Assembly (NCBI GenBank): GCA_964347415.1
Contig: CAYFYJ010000009.1
Location: forward strand, 7,940 to 71,939
DNA: 64,000 nt
Direction: 5' to 3'
DNA from: an uncultured archaeon
GTDB taxonomy: Archaea > Aenigmatarchaeota > Aenigmatarchaeia > CG10238-14
The notes under the pieces were generated by a model. The model saw only the letters and a program-made list of their open reading frames with translations. It ran no database searches and had not been told where the DNA came from. The position numbers and the translations under genes were made by a program. Positions 17,783 through 26,688 of this stretch are shown piece after piece; position 1 is the stretch's first letter; every line of letters begins with the position of its first letter.

Positions 17783-18241
17783 GTGATGATAATGTTAAGT
17801 TTAAGAACTAAATTTGATGATTTTGTGAATGAGAAGCTGGTGAAGCCCGCAATCGGACGCAATGTACAATTTTATTTGAACCATCCTAGAAGATTGATCG
17901 AGGAAACATTTGAAAGTAGATTAATATGGCTTGGAAGGTTATTCGAGTTTAGCGATTATCATCACACCACTAATGAAAAAAATCTAGCACCAGAAGTAAG
18001 ATGTTCCGCGGGAAAATGGATAAAAGATTCCTCTGTATTTTATGTATGCGGAGGACCTAACTCTGTATTTTATGTACGCGGAGGACCCAATTATCCAACC
18101 CTACTAATATCTACCAATCATCCAGATGCTCAGAAAGATAGTTATCTGGAACCATACATGTGCACCAAACTAAGAGATAGTAATTTTGGTGCTGTTCACG
18201 AATTAGAAGTTTTTAGACTGTACAATGAAGGTCTGCTTTAG
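17783..18241 (+). CDS. Hypothetical protein containing an in-frame 10-aa tandem duplication
   Basis: 152-aa GTG-initiated ORF with no recognisable domain. It contains SVFYVCGGPN/SVFYVRGGPN, encoded by the 30-bp tandem repeat. Confidence 0.4.
   Translation: MMIMLSLRTKFDDFVNEKLVKPAIGRNVQFYLNHPRRLIEETFESRLIWLGRLFEFSDYHHTTNEKNLAPEVRCSAGKWIKDSSVFYVCGGPNSVFYVRGGPNYPTLLISTNHPDAQKDSYLEPYMCTKLRDSNFGAVHELEVFRLYNEGLL
18031..18090 (+). repeat. Perfectly adjacent 30-bp tandem duplication (2 copies, 28/30 identical)
   Basis: ctctgtattttatgtatgcggaggacctaa (18031-18060) versus ctctgtattttatgtacgcggaggacccaa (18061-18090). Confidence 0.95.
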
Positions 18242-18274
18242 AATAGCTTTATCTCTTTAAAAACCTAATTATAA

Positions 18275-18763
18275 TTGATACTCATGAAAATACCAACAAA
18301 ATTCGAGGTAAACACTGAGGACTTTAAGATATCGTTCGATAACAAAAAAAAGACCCATATATGTGAGAGTCTGGATACGGGTGAAAGGACTAACATCGGT
18401 GTCCTCGGGATATTGATGCAGATGGGAATATTGAAACCAGTCGAAGATGGCGTGGAAGAGAAGATAAAAACACTGTCTGAAAGGTTGAACGAGCTGGAGA
18501 TAAAAATCAACGACATAATTAAAAAAGTCAATAATGTTTCAACTGAAATGGAAGAAGCGGAAGAAACTCCTGAAGAGGCAATAGTCGAAGAGTTTGAGCC
18601 AAAATCAGAAATAAACGAACGTATCATGAAGAATGTCTTAGAAAACAATGAACCAAAAACTGAGAGCGAACCTGAGGAGGAAGTAGAGATAGAAGATATA
18701 GAAGCGAAATCAGATGTGAGATTAGAAAGTCAAGAAGAGATCGACAACTGGATGGACGTTTAA
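18275..18763 (+). CDS. Hypothetical acidic coiled-coil protein
   Basis: 162-aa ORF with a Glu-rich C-terminal half (EEAEETPEEAIVEEFEP..EPEEEVEIEDIE). The antisense ORF 18265-18648 looks like a low-complexity shadow. Confidence 0.5.
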   Translation: MILMKIPTKFEVNTEDFKISFDNKKKTHICESLDTGERTNIGVLGILMQMGILKPVEDGVEEKIKTLSERLNELEIKINDIIKKVNNVSTEMEEAEETPEEAIVEEFEPKSEINERIMKNVLENNEPKTESEPEEEVEIEDIEAKSDVRLESQEEIDNWMDV

Positions 18764-19380
18764 CTCATCGTTTGCACTATACCCCATATTTCATCGCTCA
18801 CTACTTCGACAGGTCTAGTTCCATCGATTATGTGCCATTTTCTTTCGTAGGGTGGGTTTTTCGATAACTCCAAAAATTCTTTCCTAACCTTTTCTCTGAA
18901 AGTTTCTTCTGGTTTAACTTCTTCCATGTCTAGAAAAGAAGAAAGATTTTCTTGTTTTAAACCTCTTGTCGATGCCTCCTTTTCTGGAATGTCCAAGAGG
19001 AAAATAACATCAGGCTTAATTATCGGCCTTTCTATATCGGTCAACCATTGTTTTGAAAGTCCTAGAACGGACTGGTAAGCAATGTTAGAGTAGCAATACC
19101 TATCAGTTATCACGATCCATCCTTTTCTCAACCACTCTTTGATTCTTTCTTGATATTGCATTCTATCTGCTGCATAAAGCATCGAAGCCGCCTCAGGACT
19201 TATCTTTAAACTTCTTGAAATCCAGCCTTTGATCAGTTTACCTATTTCTGTTTCATAAGAAGGGAAGTTTATTAGAGCTACTTCTTTATTCATTTCTCTT
19301 AATCTTTCTGCCAAACGTCTAGAATGAGTTTTTTTCCCTGCTGAGTCCACTCCTTCGAAAGCTATGAACAGGCCTGGCAT
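18760..19380 (-). CDS. tmk: Thymidylate (dTMP) kinase
   Basis: P-loop FIAFEGVDSAGKKT, DRY motif (ITDRYCYSNIAYQ), ~206 aa. Confidence 0.9.
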   Translation of the reverse strand: MPGLFIAFEGVDSAGKKTHSRRLAERLREMNKEVALINFPSYETEIGKLIKGWISRSLKISPEAASMLYAADRMQYQERIKEWLRKGWIVITDRYCYSNIAYQSVLGLSKQWLTDIERPIIKPDVIFLLDIPEKEASTRGLKQENLSSFLDMEEVKPEETFREKVRKEFLELSKNPPYERKWHIIDGTRPVEVVSDEIWGIVQTMS

Positions 19381-19421
19381 GTCTATTGATACTACTTTAT
19401 ATTATAAATATTTATTACAAA

Positions 19422-19493
19422 TGGACCGGATGGGATTTGAACCCATAGCCTCCTGCGTGCGAGGCAGGCTATCTACCATTGATATACCGGCCC
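19422..19493 (-). tRNA. tRNA-Ala (anticodon CGC)
   Basis: Hand-folded cloverleaf. Acceptor GGGCCGG/CCGGTCC with G3:U70, D stem TATC/GATA, anticodon stem CCTGC/GCAGG with loop CU-CGC-AC, T arm ATGGG-TTCAAAT-CCCAT, A73. CCA is not encoded. Confidence 0.9.
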
Positions 19494-19543
19494 GATACAA
19501 ATATTAAATCCTTTAGGAAAATATAAGTTAATATCGTGATCGA

Positions 19544-20071
19544 ATGGAATTCTTTAGTGTTATTAAAAACAGAAGAAGTATCAGAAAATATAAACCCGAT
19601 CCCGTCTCTGACGAAGATATTGAATACATTTTGAACGCTGCTCGTTTTGCTCCTTCTTGGAAGAATAGACAATGCTGGAGATATGTTGTTGTTAAGGATA
19701 AAGAAAAAATAGAAAAAATAGCCAGCGCAAGGCAAAAATCTCAAGAATGGTTGAGAGAAGCACCCGTGATGATAGTTGCTTGTGCAGATCCTGATGAATC
19801 TGGTCATAGAGAAGGAAAAGATTATTATTTGGTTGATGTTGGTATTTCCTTTGAACATCTATTTTTAGCAGCAAGAGATCGTGGATTGGGGACATGCTGG
19901 ATTGGAGGTTTTGATGAAAAGACTGTTAAGGATGCTATAGGAGCTCCAGATAATATTCGTGTTGTTGCTTATACTCCTTTAGGATATCCAGCCGAAGAAA
20001 AGGGTGAGGTAAAAGATAGAAAATCTCCTGAAGAAACCATTTTCTACGAAAAATATGGGCAGAAAAGTTAA
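19544..20071 (+). CDS. Nitroreductase-family FMN oxidoreductase
   Basis: N-terminus FFSVIKNRRSIRKYKPDPVSDEDIEYILNAARFAPSWKNRQCWRYVVV; 175 aa. Confidence 0.85.
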   Translation: MEFFSVIKNRRSIRKYKPDPVSDEDIEYILNAARFAPSWKNRQCWRYVVVKDKEKIEKIASARQKSQEWLREAPVMIVACADPDESGHREGKDYYLVDVGISFEHLFLAARDRGLGTCWIGGFDEKTVKDAIGAPDNIRVVAYTPLGYPAEEKGEVKDRKSPEETIFYEKYGQKS

Positions 20072-20122
20072 ACTTCTAAAAATCAAATTTATAAGGATGA
20101 AATAATTCAATAAAATCTAAAA

Positions 20123-20196
20123 GGACCGGTAGCTTAGTCAGGTGGAGCGCTCGGCTGATAACCGAGAGGTCGTGAGTTCAAATCTCACTCGGTCCA
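20123..20196 (+). tRNA. tRNA-Ile (anticodon GAT)
   Basis: Hand-folded. Acceptor GGACCGG/TCGGTCC, anticodon stem CTCGG/CCGAG with loop CU-GAU-AA, T arm GTGAG-TTCAAAT-CTCAC, A73. Confidence 0.9.
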
Positions 20197-20216
20197 TGAG
20201 TGTTTGAGGTGAGAAA

Positions 20217-20366
20217 ATGGTGGAAAAGAGGTTTTGGAGATGTAATGTTTGCAATGATATACATCATGGTGTGGCAGGTCCAGAAATTTGTCCAACATGT
20301 CAGACAAAAAATGCATATGTCGAAATAGACGAGAATGAAGCAAAAAAAGTAATGGGTGTAATATGA
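20217..20366 (+). CDS. Rubredoxin-like zinc-ribbon protein (49 aa)
   Basis: Below the track cutoff; my own translation is MVEKRFWRCNVCNDIHHGVAGPEICPTCQTKNAYVEIDENEAKKVMGVI. GAGGTGA Shine-Dalgarno-like sequence 4 nt upstream. The stop overlaps the next gene's ATG (ATGA). Confidence 0.65.
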   Translation: MVEKRFWRCNVCNDIHHGVAGPEICPTCQTKNAYVEIDENEAKKVMGVI

Positions 20367-20632
20367 ATAAAGAAGAAGTAAGAAATGTGTTTGAAAGATT
20401 CACAGAAAACAACGATTTTACACTGAACCCTGACAAAGAATTTGTAGACAAAATAATAGATGGAATTCTTGAAAACGAAAATAAATATGGGTTTAAACTT
20501 TGTCCTTGTAGGTTAAGAGACGGGACAAAAGAGCGTGATTTAGAGTTGATCTGCCCTTGCAACTTTAAAGTTCAAGAAACATGGGTAAAACAGGGAAGAT
20601 GCTGGTGTGGATTATTCATTAAGAGAGAATAA
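20363..20632 (+). CDS. Ferredoxin:thioredoxin reductase catalytic-subunit-like protein
   Basis: Cys pattern LCPCRLRD..LICPCNF..GRCWCGLF (CPC/CPC/CWC) characteristic of FTR catalytic subunits. Confidence 0.8.
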   Translation: MNKEEVRNVFERFTENNDFTLNPDKEFVDKIIDGILENENKYGFKLCPCRLRDGTKERDLELICPCNFKVQETWVKQGRCWCGLFIKRE

Positions 20633-20879
20633 ATTAAACCAACTTTAACCTCTCCTCAAGAACAAGAATCTATTTGAAAAATGATTCGAGAGTTTTTGCA
20701 TTCTTTGCTTTATTGTTTCTCCAGATGAATTTTTCCACTTCTTTATAGAACGCTTCCTTGTTTTTTAAAACCCTTTTCTTATCTTTCATAAAAAGATTGG
20801 AGGGATGTGAAACTTAAAAATCTATCTGATTCGATTACAAAAAACGCATATTAATTTACCAGTCAAACAAATATTAATC

Positions 20880-21287
20880 ATGAAAAATTTTCTATACTAC
20901 TGGTTGCCCGTTTACGTTTATGCTGGATTGATATTTTATTTCTCATCTTTACCAACGATACCACCAATCATAATCAAAATTATGCCAAAAACTTTTGTAC
21001 TGCATATGATTGAATACGCCATCTTCAGCATACTTTTATTCAGGGCGTTTATCAACTCTAAAAATAATGTTTTTAGAGGAAATGCAATTCATTTAGCAAT
21101 CATAATAGCCATACTGTACGGCATCAGTGATGAAATACATCAATATTTTGTGCCGGGGCGCATTTTTGATCGTTTTGATATCATAGCTAATTCTATCGGG
21201 AGTGCTGTCATTTTAACTAAGAACATTCTTGTTAGAGGTAAATTATACTTCAAACGCCAGTTGAAAATTCGCTTCTCACGTCAATGA
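20880..21287 (+). CDS. VanZ-like membrane protein
   Basis: Four predicted TM helices; GISDEIHQYFVPGRIFDRFDIIANSIGS motif. Confidence 0.7.
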   Translation: MKNFLYYWLPVYVYAGLIFYFSSLPTIPPIIIKIMPKTFVLHMIEYAIFSILLFRAFINSKNNVFRGNAIHLAIIIAILYGISDEIHQYFVPGRIFDRFDIIANSIGSAVILTKNILVRGKLYFKRQLKIRFSRQ

Positions 21288-21300
21288 AGATATAAACTTG

Positions 21301-22770
21301 TCATGAAGCTTGATTCAAAACGCAGTTTGTATCAGCCTGTAGTAAGCTTTGAGGTAATCCCAGATGTTTGTGATTGGCATGAGAAACAGCCCTACAGCCA
21401 CCACAAATTTTATTATAATCGCACTTTCCACATCCTTCTATATTCTCCCTAGGGGTTCTAAGAGCTTTCAACATTGGTGAATTTTCCCAGATATGGCTAA
21501 TTTTGTCAGTTCTCGTATTACCCAATACAACATCCGGCATGAATACACATGGTATGATGTTCCCATTATAATCTATATCTAATTTTTTATGACCTGCCCC
21601 ACAGCCTTCAATGAACTCCAGTAACTCTTTCATAGTGTTTTTATCTAATTTCGGCAAAAGTCCATAAACATGAGCAGATACCATATCGAATTTTTCCCTT
21701 CCTTCTTTTATTTGTATCTCCCAAAGTTTTCTTGCATATTGTGGATCTGTACATACAATGCCTAAGGGCTCTCTTTTTTCTTTTTCTGCTTGTTTAACCT
21801 CTTGTAAGAACCATTTAACCAACTTCCCATACAACTGATCTTTGAACTGCGGGGAAACATCAAGTTCTTTAGTGGCTCTACCAGTAACAACAAGCTTGTA
21901 AAGATTAAAACCGCAAACGCCTTTTTTCTTTGCTAAATCAATCATATCAAAGATCTGATCTTTATTGTATTTGGTCAAAGTAGTGGCGATAGAAGCGGTT
22001 ACATCAGCATCTAGAAGGTTATCTATTCCTTCCATGGTCCTATCGTAACAATTGCTGCCTCTAAAGTGATTGTGCGTTTTTTTATCACCGTCCACACTCA
22101 CCTGCACGTAAGCATATCCCAGATTCTTTATCCTCTGAACAGTGTCTTTGGATAAAAAAGTACCATTTGTTGCAAGAGAGTGATATATACTTGTCTTGTT
22201 AACATATTCGGATATGGAAAAAAAATCTGGACAAATTGTAGGTTCACCGCCCGAGAAAGCTAAGGCTGCGACTTTCATTTCATCCAACTGATCGACAACA
22301 TCTTTTTTTTCTTCAAGGTTCAATTCACCATCATGTTCTTTCTTCCACTCGTAACAATGCTTACATTTCAAGTTGCATTTATTGGTTAAATTCCATACAA
22401 CTAAAAAGGGGGCAGAAGGCGTGAAGGGTTTTTTAATTCCATATTTTTCCATTCCTCTTAATGTAGTCAGCAAACCTCTTTTTATTGCTTCGCCAAAGTA
22501 TGGGTCTCCTAGAGATCTCTGTATGCCTTCTATACTAGCTCTGTTATATGCGGAGAACATCTTATGAACTATTTTAGAAATAATCTTGGCTTTTATCATA
22601 TCGCTGGGACTCAGTTCTACATGTCCTTTTTCTAGCAAGTCCAAAGATTTCAGAAGAAGATTCTCCCCATCTTTTGTTTCGGTTTCAGTAATTCTAGGGA
22701 GTATCCTCTTCCTGAAAAAGGGTTTGTCTAATAAATTAAGGAGCAATTCGAAATTTGTCATAACCGCCAA
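21301..22770 (-). CDS. Radical SAM / SPASM-domain enzyme with ~125-aa N-terminal extension
   Basis: NLTNKCNLKCKHCY (CxxxCxxC). C-terminal auxiliary-cluster Cys motifs CGAGHKK..PCVFMP..CGKCDYNKICGGCRA. Confidence 0.85.
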   Translation of the reverse strand: MAVMTNFELLLNLLDKPFFRKRILPRITETETKDGENLLLKSLDLLEKGHVELSPSDMIKAKIISKIVHKMFSAYNRASIEGIQRSLGDPYFGEAIKRGLLTTLRGMEKYGIKKPFTPSAPFLVVWNLTNKCNLKCKHCYEWKKEHDGELNLEEKKDVVDQLDEMKVAALAFSGGEPTICPDFFSISEYVNKTSIYHSLATNGTFLSKDTVQRIKNLGYAYVQVSVDGDKKTHNHFRGSNCYDRTMEGIDNLLDADVTASIATTLTKYNKDQIFDMIDLAKKKGVCGFNLYKLVVTGRATKELDVSPQFKDQLYGKLVKWFLQEVKQAEKEKREPLGIVCTDPQYARKLWEIQIKEGREKFDMVSAHVYGLLPKLDKNTMKELLEFIEGCGAGHKKLDIDYNGNIIPCVFMPDVVLGNTRTDKISHIWENSPMLKALRTPRENIEGCGKCDYNKICGGCRAVSHANHKHLGLPQSLLQADTNCVLNQAS

Positions 22771-22819
22771 TCTATTGGAGAAGTTTAGACATTTAAATCT
22801 TTTGAAAAGAAGAGAAAGA

Positions 22820-23722
22820 CTAAATACCAGTCGTGAATTTACTTTTTATTTTAACAATGAAATAAGCTCCAATCAGGATTAGTGCTGACCCAAGAAGTTG
22901 TAAGTTTGGAACTGGTTCATTGAAGATAATGACACCGAGGATCAAAGAGATTACTGGAGCTAACAGCAGGAGTGTTGAGGCTTTAGATACGTTAATCAAT
23001 TTTATACTCCAGTACCAACCCAATACGTAACCGAACAGAATTGCAATTGAAACAGTAAGATTGATTATCTGTTGCGTGGTCAAAGCCAATAACAAACCTA
23101 TTTTATCCTGAAGTATTACGATAGCAAACAATATTATTCCCCCGATAAACATTCTTGCAAAGGATACGACAAAATTAGATTCTCCCTTTGTCATGATTTT
23201 TCTTGCGATCGTACTCTCTACCGCCCAGAGGACAGTCGCTCCCACAACCAATAAATCGCCTAGAGATGGGTCTGACCAGAACCCAGATGGACTTATTTTA
23301 GAATAGTAGATGAATGTACACCCTATGAGCATGACAACTAAAGCTAAAGCTTGTCTTTGATTGATTTTTTCTTTCAGGAACAAAAAAGCGAAGATCGTGA
23401 TATAAAATGGTAGAGTCTTGTGGAAGAAAGCTGCCCTACCAGTTGTCGTTAACTTTAACCCGGTGAAGAACATTAAAAACGCGAAAGAACCACCTATTAT
23501 GGCGATAGCCAGGAGATAACCCCAAGGAACTTTTTTAAATTTTTTACGTTTGGACTGAAGAGAAGCAAAAATAAAGAATACAATACCTATAACCAAAGCT
23601 CTGATAGCAGTAAAGACAGTCGGGTCCAAGTCAACAACGAATAGTTTGTTGGCTGGTATGGCAAGACCACTTATAAATGCAGTCAGCAATGCAAGGATTG
23701 TCCCAGCAGTTTCTTTTTTCAT
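22820..23722 (-). CDS. EamA/DMT-superfamily transporter
   Basis: 300 aa, ~10 TM helices in two EamA-like halves. Confidence 0.8.
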   Translation of the reverse strand: MKKETAGTILALLTAFISGLAIPANKLFVVDLDPTVFTAIRALVIGIVFFIFASLQSKRKKFKKVPWGYLLAIAIIGGSFAFLMFFTGLKLTTTGRAAFFHKTLPFYITIFAFLFLKEKINQRQALALVVMLIGCTFIYYSKISPSGFWSDPSLGDLLVVGATVLWAVESTIARKIMTKGESNFVVSFARMFIGGIILFAIVILQDKIGLLLALTTQQIINLTVSIAILFGYVLGWYWSIKLINVSKASTLLLLAPVISLILGVIIFNEPVPNLQLLGSALILIGAYFIVKIKSKFTTGI

Positions 23723-23781
23723 TAATTGTTTTTGGGTTTTGGTTACTATAAAAATTTATTAGTAGAATCCTTAAGTTATTC

Positions 23782-24408
23782 ATGGGTTTTAAGGAATGGA
23801 TTATTCCCCAAGACAAAGTCTTCTATTCTTTGATAGAAAAGGAAGCTCAATTGGTTCTTGAAGGTGCTAAAACCTTTAACGATTTTATGAACAATAATAG
23901 TGGCATTGGAAAAGCGAGAAAAAAAATTAAGAAAATCGAGAGTAGAGGTGACGATGTAGTACATGATGTTTTTCAAAAGTTGAATAGTACTTTCATTACC
24001 CCAATTGACCATGAGGACATTTCCGCGTTAATTTCTCTCTATGATAATGTTCTTGATCATATCTGGTCCACTATTAACAAAATGTACTTGTTCAGAGTCA
24101 AGAAAATCACTAAGCCAATGAAAGAATTAGCAGAAATTATTCTCCAATCCGTCCAGGAAATAAATTATGCATTAAAAGATATGAGAAAGATGAATCAGAA
24201 AGAGATGGAAAAAAAATTCATCGAAGTGCACAGACTCGAGAACAAGGCGGATGAAATATTAAACAAAGCTTATACAGAATTGTTCAAACAAAAAGATCCC
24301 ATAAAAATTATCGTATTAAAAGAAATCTACGAATTCTTGGAGGAAATCACAGACGAGTGTGAAGATGTCTGTCTCACCATACAGAATATAGTAATAAAGA
24401 ATGCTTGA
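23782..24408 (+). CDS. DUF47/PhoU-like phosphate-transport accessory protein
   Basis: 208-aa helical protein immediately upstream of, and overlapping, the PiT gene, which is the usual pairing. Confidence 0.75.
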   Translation: MGFKEWIIPQDKVFYSLIEKEAQLVLEGAKTFNDFMNNNSGIGKARKKIKKIESRGDDVVHDVFQKLNSTFITPIDHEDISALISLYDNVLDHIWSTINKMYLFRVKKITKPMKELAEIILQSVQEINYALKDMRKMNQKEMEKKFIEVHRLENKADEILNKAYTELFKQKDPIKIIVLKEIYEFLEEITDECEDVCLTIQNIVIKNA

Positions 24409-25405
24409 TCGAATGTTTGGTTTAATTTTAATTTTTGCAATAATACTTGCACTTTTTTTCTCATTCTGGACTGGTTTTACAGACGCGGCTTATGCCATCT
24501 CAACGATAGTCGGAACAAGGACTTTGAAACCATATCAAGCTGTCATGTTATCAGTTATCGGGAATTTTATAGGTATGATGTTTGGATCTGCCGTAGCTGC
24601 AACGATAGGTAGGGGTATAATTTCAGAGGGCATAGCGTCCGGTGAGGTAATTATTGCAACTCTATTCGGAGCTTTAATCTTTGATATAATCGCATCCTGG
24701 ATATTTTCTCTTCCTATCTCAGAAACACATGTACTAATCGGTGGGCTAGTAGGTGCTGGAGTTGCTGCTGGTGGATGGGAAGTCGTGAAATTTGAAGGCA
24801 TAATAAATAAAGTCATCGTACCGATGCTCACTTCTCCATTCATTGCGATAATCATTACTTTTCTGATAGGTTGTACTATAATAAGGGTATTTAGGAATGT
24901 TCGTGCCGGTAAAATTAATAAGTATTTCAAAAAATTAGAGATAATAGCTGGCTTGTCATTCTCAATAACAGATGGCACGAATGATGCACAAAAAGTCATG
25001 GGAATTATAACAGTTTTATTGATCTATTATGGTCACCTAACAGAGTTTGCTGTACCTTTCTGGGTTATGCTTGCTTCATACATTACAATGTCTTTGGGAA
25101 CTTTTATGGGCGGATGGAGAATAGTCAAGACCATGGCGACTAAGATAACTCGTATGAAACCATATCAAGGATTCTCTGCTTCTGTAGGAAGTTCTTTGAT
25201 GCTTGCAACTGCAGCATTATGGGGTATGCCAGTGAGTTCCACTCATGTTGCTAACGGTTCGATTATGGGAGTTGGATTATGCCAGAGAGTAAAAGCAGTT
25301 AAATGGGGTATGACAAGAAAAATTGTGGGGGCTTGGATAGTTTCAATGCCTGTGGCAGCAATTTTTTCGTTTATAATTTTTCATGTTATTAAGCTTGTAA
25401 TCTAG
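24401..25405 (+). CDS. pit: Inorganic phosphate transporter, PiT/PHO4 family
   Basis: 334 aa, polytopic; GFTDAAYAIS and ITDGTNDAQKVMG signature regions. Confidence 0.9.
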   Translation: MLDRMFGLILIFAIILALFFSFWTGFTDAAYAISTIVGTRTLKPYQAVMLSVIGNFIGMMFGSAVAATIGRGIISEGIASGEVIIATLFGALIFDIIASWIFSLPISETHVLIGGLVGAGVAAGGWEVVKFEGIINKVIVPMLTSPFIAIIITFLIGCTIIRVFRNVRAGKINKYFKKLEIIAGLSFSITDGTNDAQKVMGIITVLLIYYGHLTEFAVPFWVMLASYITMSLGTFMGGWRIVKTMATKITRMKPYQGFSASVGSSLMLATAALWGMPVSSTHVANGSIMGVGLCQRVKAVKWGMTRKIVGAWIVSMPVAAIFSFIIFHVIKLVI

Positions 25406-26684
25406 GTGTTGGAACAGTAGATGCCCCTTCAGGAATAATTAAAACATCTTTTAGGAAATCAGGATTAACTGTTGATAAAGCGTCGTCTAAATTCCTGAAA
25501 AATGGTATGTTTTTCTCTTTTACTAAATGCTCAACTTTTTTTGATGCTTTATCTGAAACAACGATGAAATTTATTTTAGGTACGAACATAATCAATCTGT
25601 TTATTTTTTGCAACGTCTCGTTAAAGGTTCCTTCTTTCACTCTTCTCTTCAAATCTTGAACAACTTTTCTCGGTTCCATGTCCATATAAGTCTCGAATTC
25701 TTTCTTGAAAACATCTGTTCCGATACCATCCTGCATTCTTCCGATGAAAATTAAAGTTGGTTTTGGATGAGTTTTATACCTGACAACATTAGAAGCATGA
25801 ACAGCTGCTTTCAGAGATTGGTAGAAGTTTCTTCCTAGAGATTCTTCTGCTATAGTTATTATCAGAGAGGATGGTTTTATCTTGACTTGATAGATTTTCT
25901 TGCCAAATTCAGCCAATTGTGTATGTGTCTTAACAGGTTCTCCATATTTTACTTCTACTGGTTCATCATCTTTATTCGGTACGAAATCTAGAATTCTGTG
26001 CCTGATTCCTGTTTTTTTCTCGAGGACTCTTGGCACATCGTTCATGTCCTCTCTTACTTTGTTACCGTGAATGAAAATCTCTCTGGATTCAGGGTCCCCA
26101 ATCACATAAGAGTGATTAGTTCCGATGGTTTTTTTACTAGAAACTCCTGGCAACAAAGCCTTAGCTCCACCCTCCCAACCAGCAAAATAGTGAGGACGAA
26201 CGCATAACGTGGATAAAATAAAATCACAAATCAGTACTTCTTTATTCAGTTCTATTTCAGTGCCTCTTTTTGTCGTACCAATATATTCATACTTACTTTT
26301 AGGATTTTTAGTCGATGAGATTATGATATTCTTTTTATAAACTTTAAATAATTCTTTGCCTAAAACCCTCTTTGGATGTTCTAGAGTTGGTGGGGGATGG
26401 GTACCACAAGCAATTACGATTTTTATATCATCAGTTTTTTTCTCGAGCATTTTAACCAATGAAGGAGCATAAGGTGAAGATAATCTTGTATTGTCAGCTA
26501 TAAGAAGTGCAGGGTTCTCAAATCTTTCTTCTTCAAGTTTCTTAGAATCTATCGGATGTTTTAATGCTTTTTTTAAGTAGTCTAATTTTTTTGGTTTGAT
26601 GTTTTTTGGCAGAGCCCATCGAATGTTTTTTGGTTTGAGAATTTTAGAAACGATTTTTCTCCCATCATATGGTATCGAAAACAT
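25389..26684 (-). CDS. LarA-family (nickel-pincer-dependent 2-hydroxyacid racemase/epimerase-like) protein
   Basis: 431 aa; IACGTHPPP and RPHYFAGWEGGAKALLPG (H..aG..GG.K..PG) motifs of the LarA/DUF2088 N-domain. Confidence 0.7.
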   Translation of the reverse strand: MFSIPYDGRKIVSKILKPKNIRWALPKNIKPKKLDYLKKALKHPIDSKKLEEERFENPALLIADNTRLSSPYAPSLVKMLEKKTDDIKIVIACGTHPPPTLEHPKRVLGKELFKVYKKNIIISSTKNPKSKYEYIGTTKRGTEIELNKEVLICDFILSTLCVRPHYFAGWEGGAKALLPGVSSKKTIGTNHSYVIGDPESREIFIHGNKVREDMNDVPRVLEKKTGIRHRILDFVPNKDDEPVEVKYGEPVKTHTQLAEFGKKIYQVKIKPSSLIITIAEESLGRNFYQSLKAAVHASNVVRYKTHPKPTLIFIGRMQDGIGTDVFKKEFETYMDMEPRKVVQDLKRRVKEGTFNETLQKINRLIMFVPKINFIVVSDKASKKVEHLVKEKNIPFFRNLDDALSTVNPDFLKDVLIIPEGASTVPTPRLQA

Positions 26685-26688
26685 GTGA

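Noticed and set aside
17783-17789. GTGATGA at the start of ORF 17783-18241 considered as a C box.
   Set aside because: There is no D or D' CUGA at a compatible distance downstream.
18265-18648. 127-aa minus-strand ORF antisense to the acidic protein 18275-18763.
   Set aside because: It is a low-complexity Ser/Phe/Ile-rich product, typical of the antisense of a Glu/Lys-rich gene. The plus-strand ORF is longer and more protein-like. Neither has homology support.
19469-19858. 129-aa minus-strand ORF overlapping tRNA-Ala and the nitroreductase gene.
   Set aside because: It runs antisense to a well-supported nitroreductase and through a tRNA gene, so it is a shadow ORF.
19381-20200. Possible integrated element between tRNA-Ala and tRNA-Ile (tRNA genes are common integration sites).
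   Set aside because: The interval holds only a nitroreductase gene. There is no integrase and no direct repeat of a tRNA 3' end that I could see.
20185-20562. 125-aa minus-strand ORF opposite the rubredoxin-like and FTRc genes and overlapping the tRNA-Ile 3' end.
   Set aside because: It is antisense to two motif-supported, Shine-Dalgarno-preceded, ATGA-coupled genes.
20670-20789. 39-aa minus-strand ORF (MKDKKRVLKNKEAFYKEVEKFIWRNNKAKNAKTLESFFK) in the 247-nt gap after the FTRc gene.
   Set aside because: It has no Shine-Dalgarno sequence, no motif and is very short. It cannot be supported as a gene from sequence alone.
24535-24999. 154-aa ORF antisense to the PiT transporter. Similar antisense or alternative-frame ORFs sit inside Lhr, NFACT, valS, OPT, the GTPase and others.
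   Set aside because: Each is embedded in a longer ORF with clear family signatures. AT-rich genomes with biased codon use generate such shadows.
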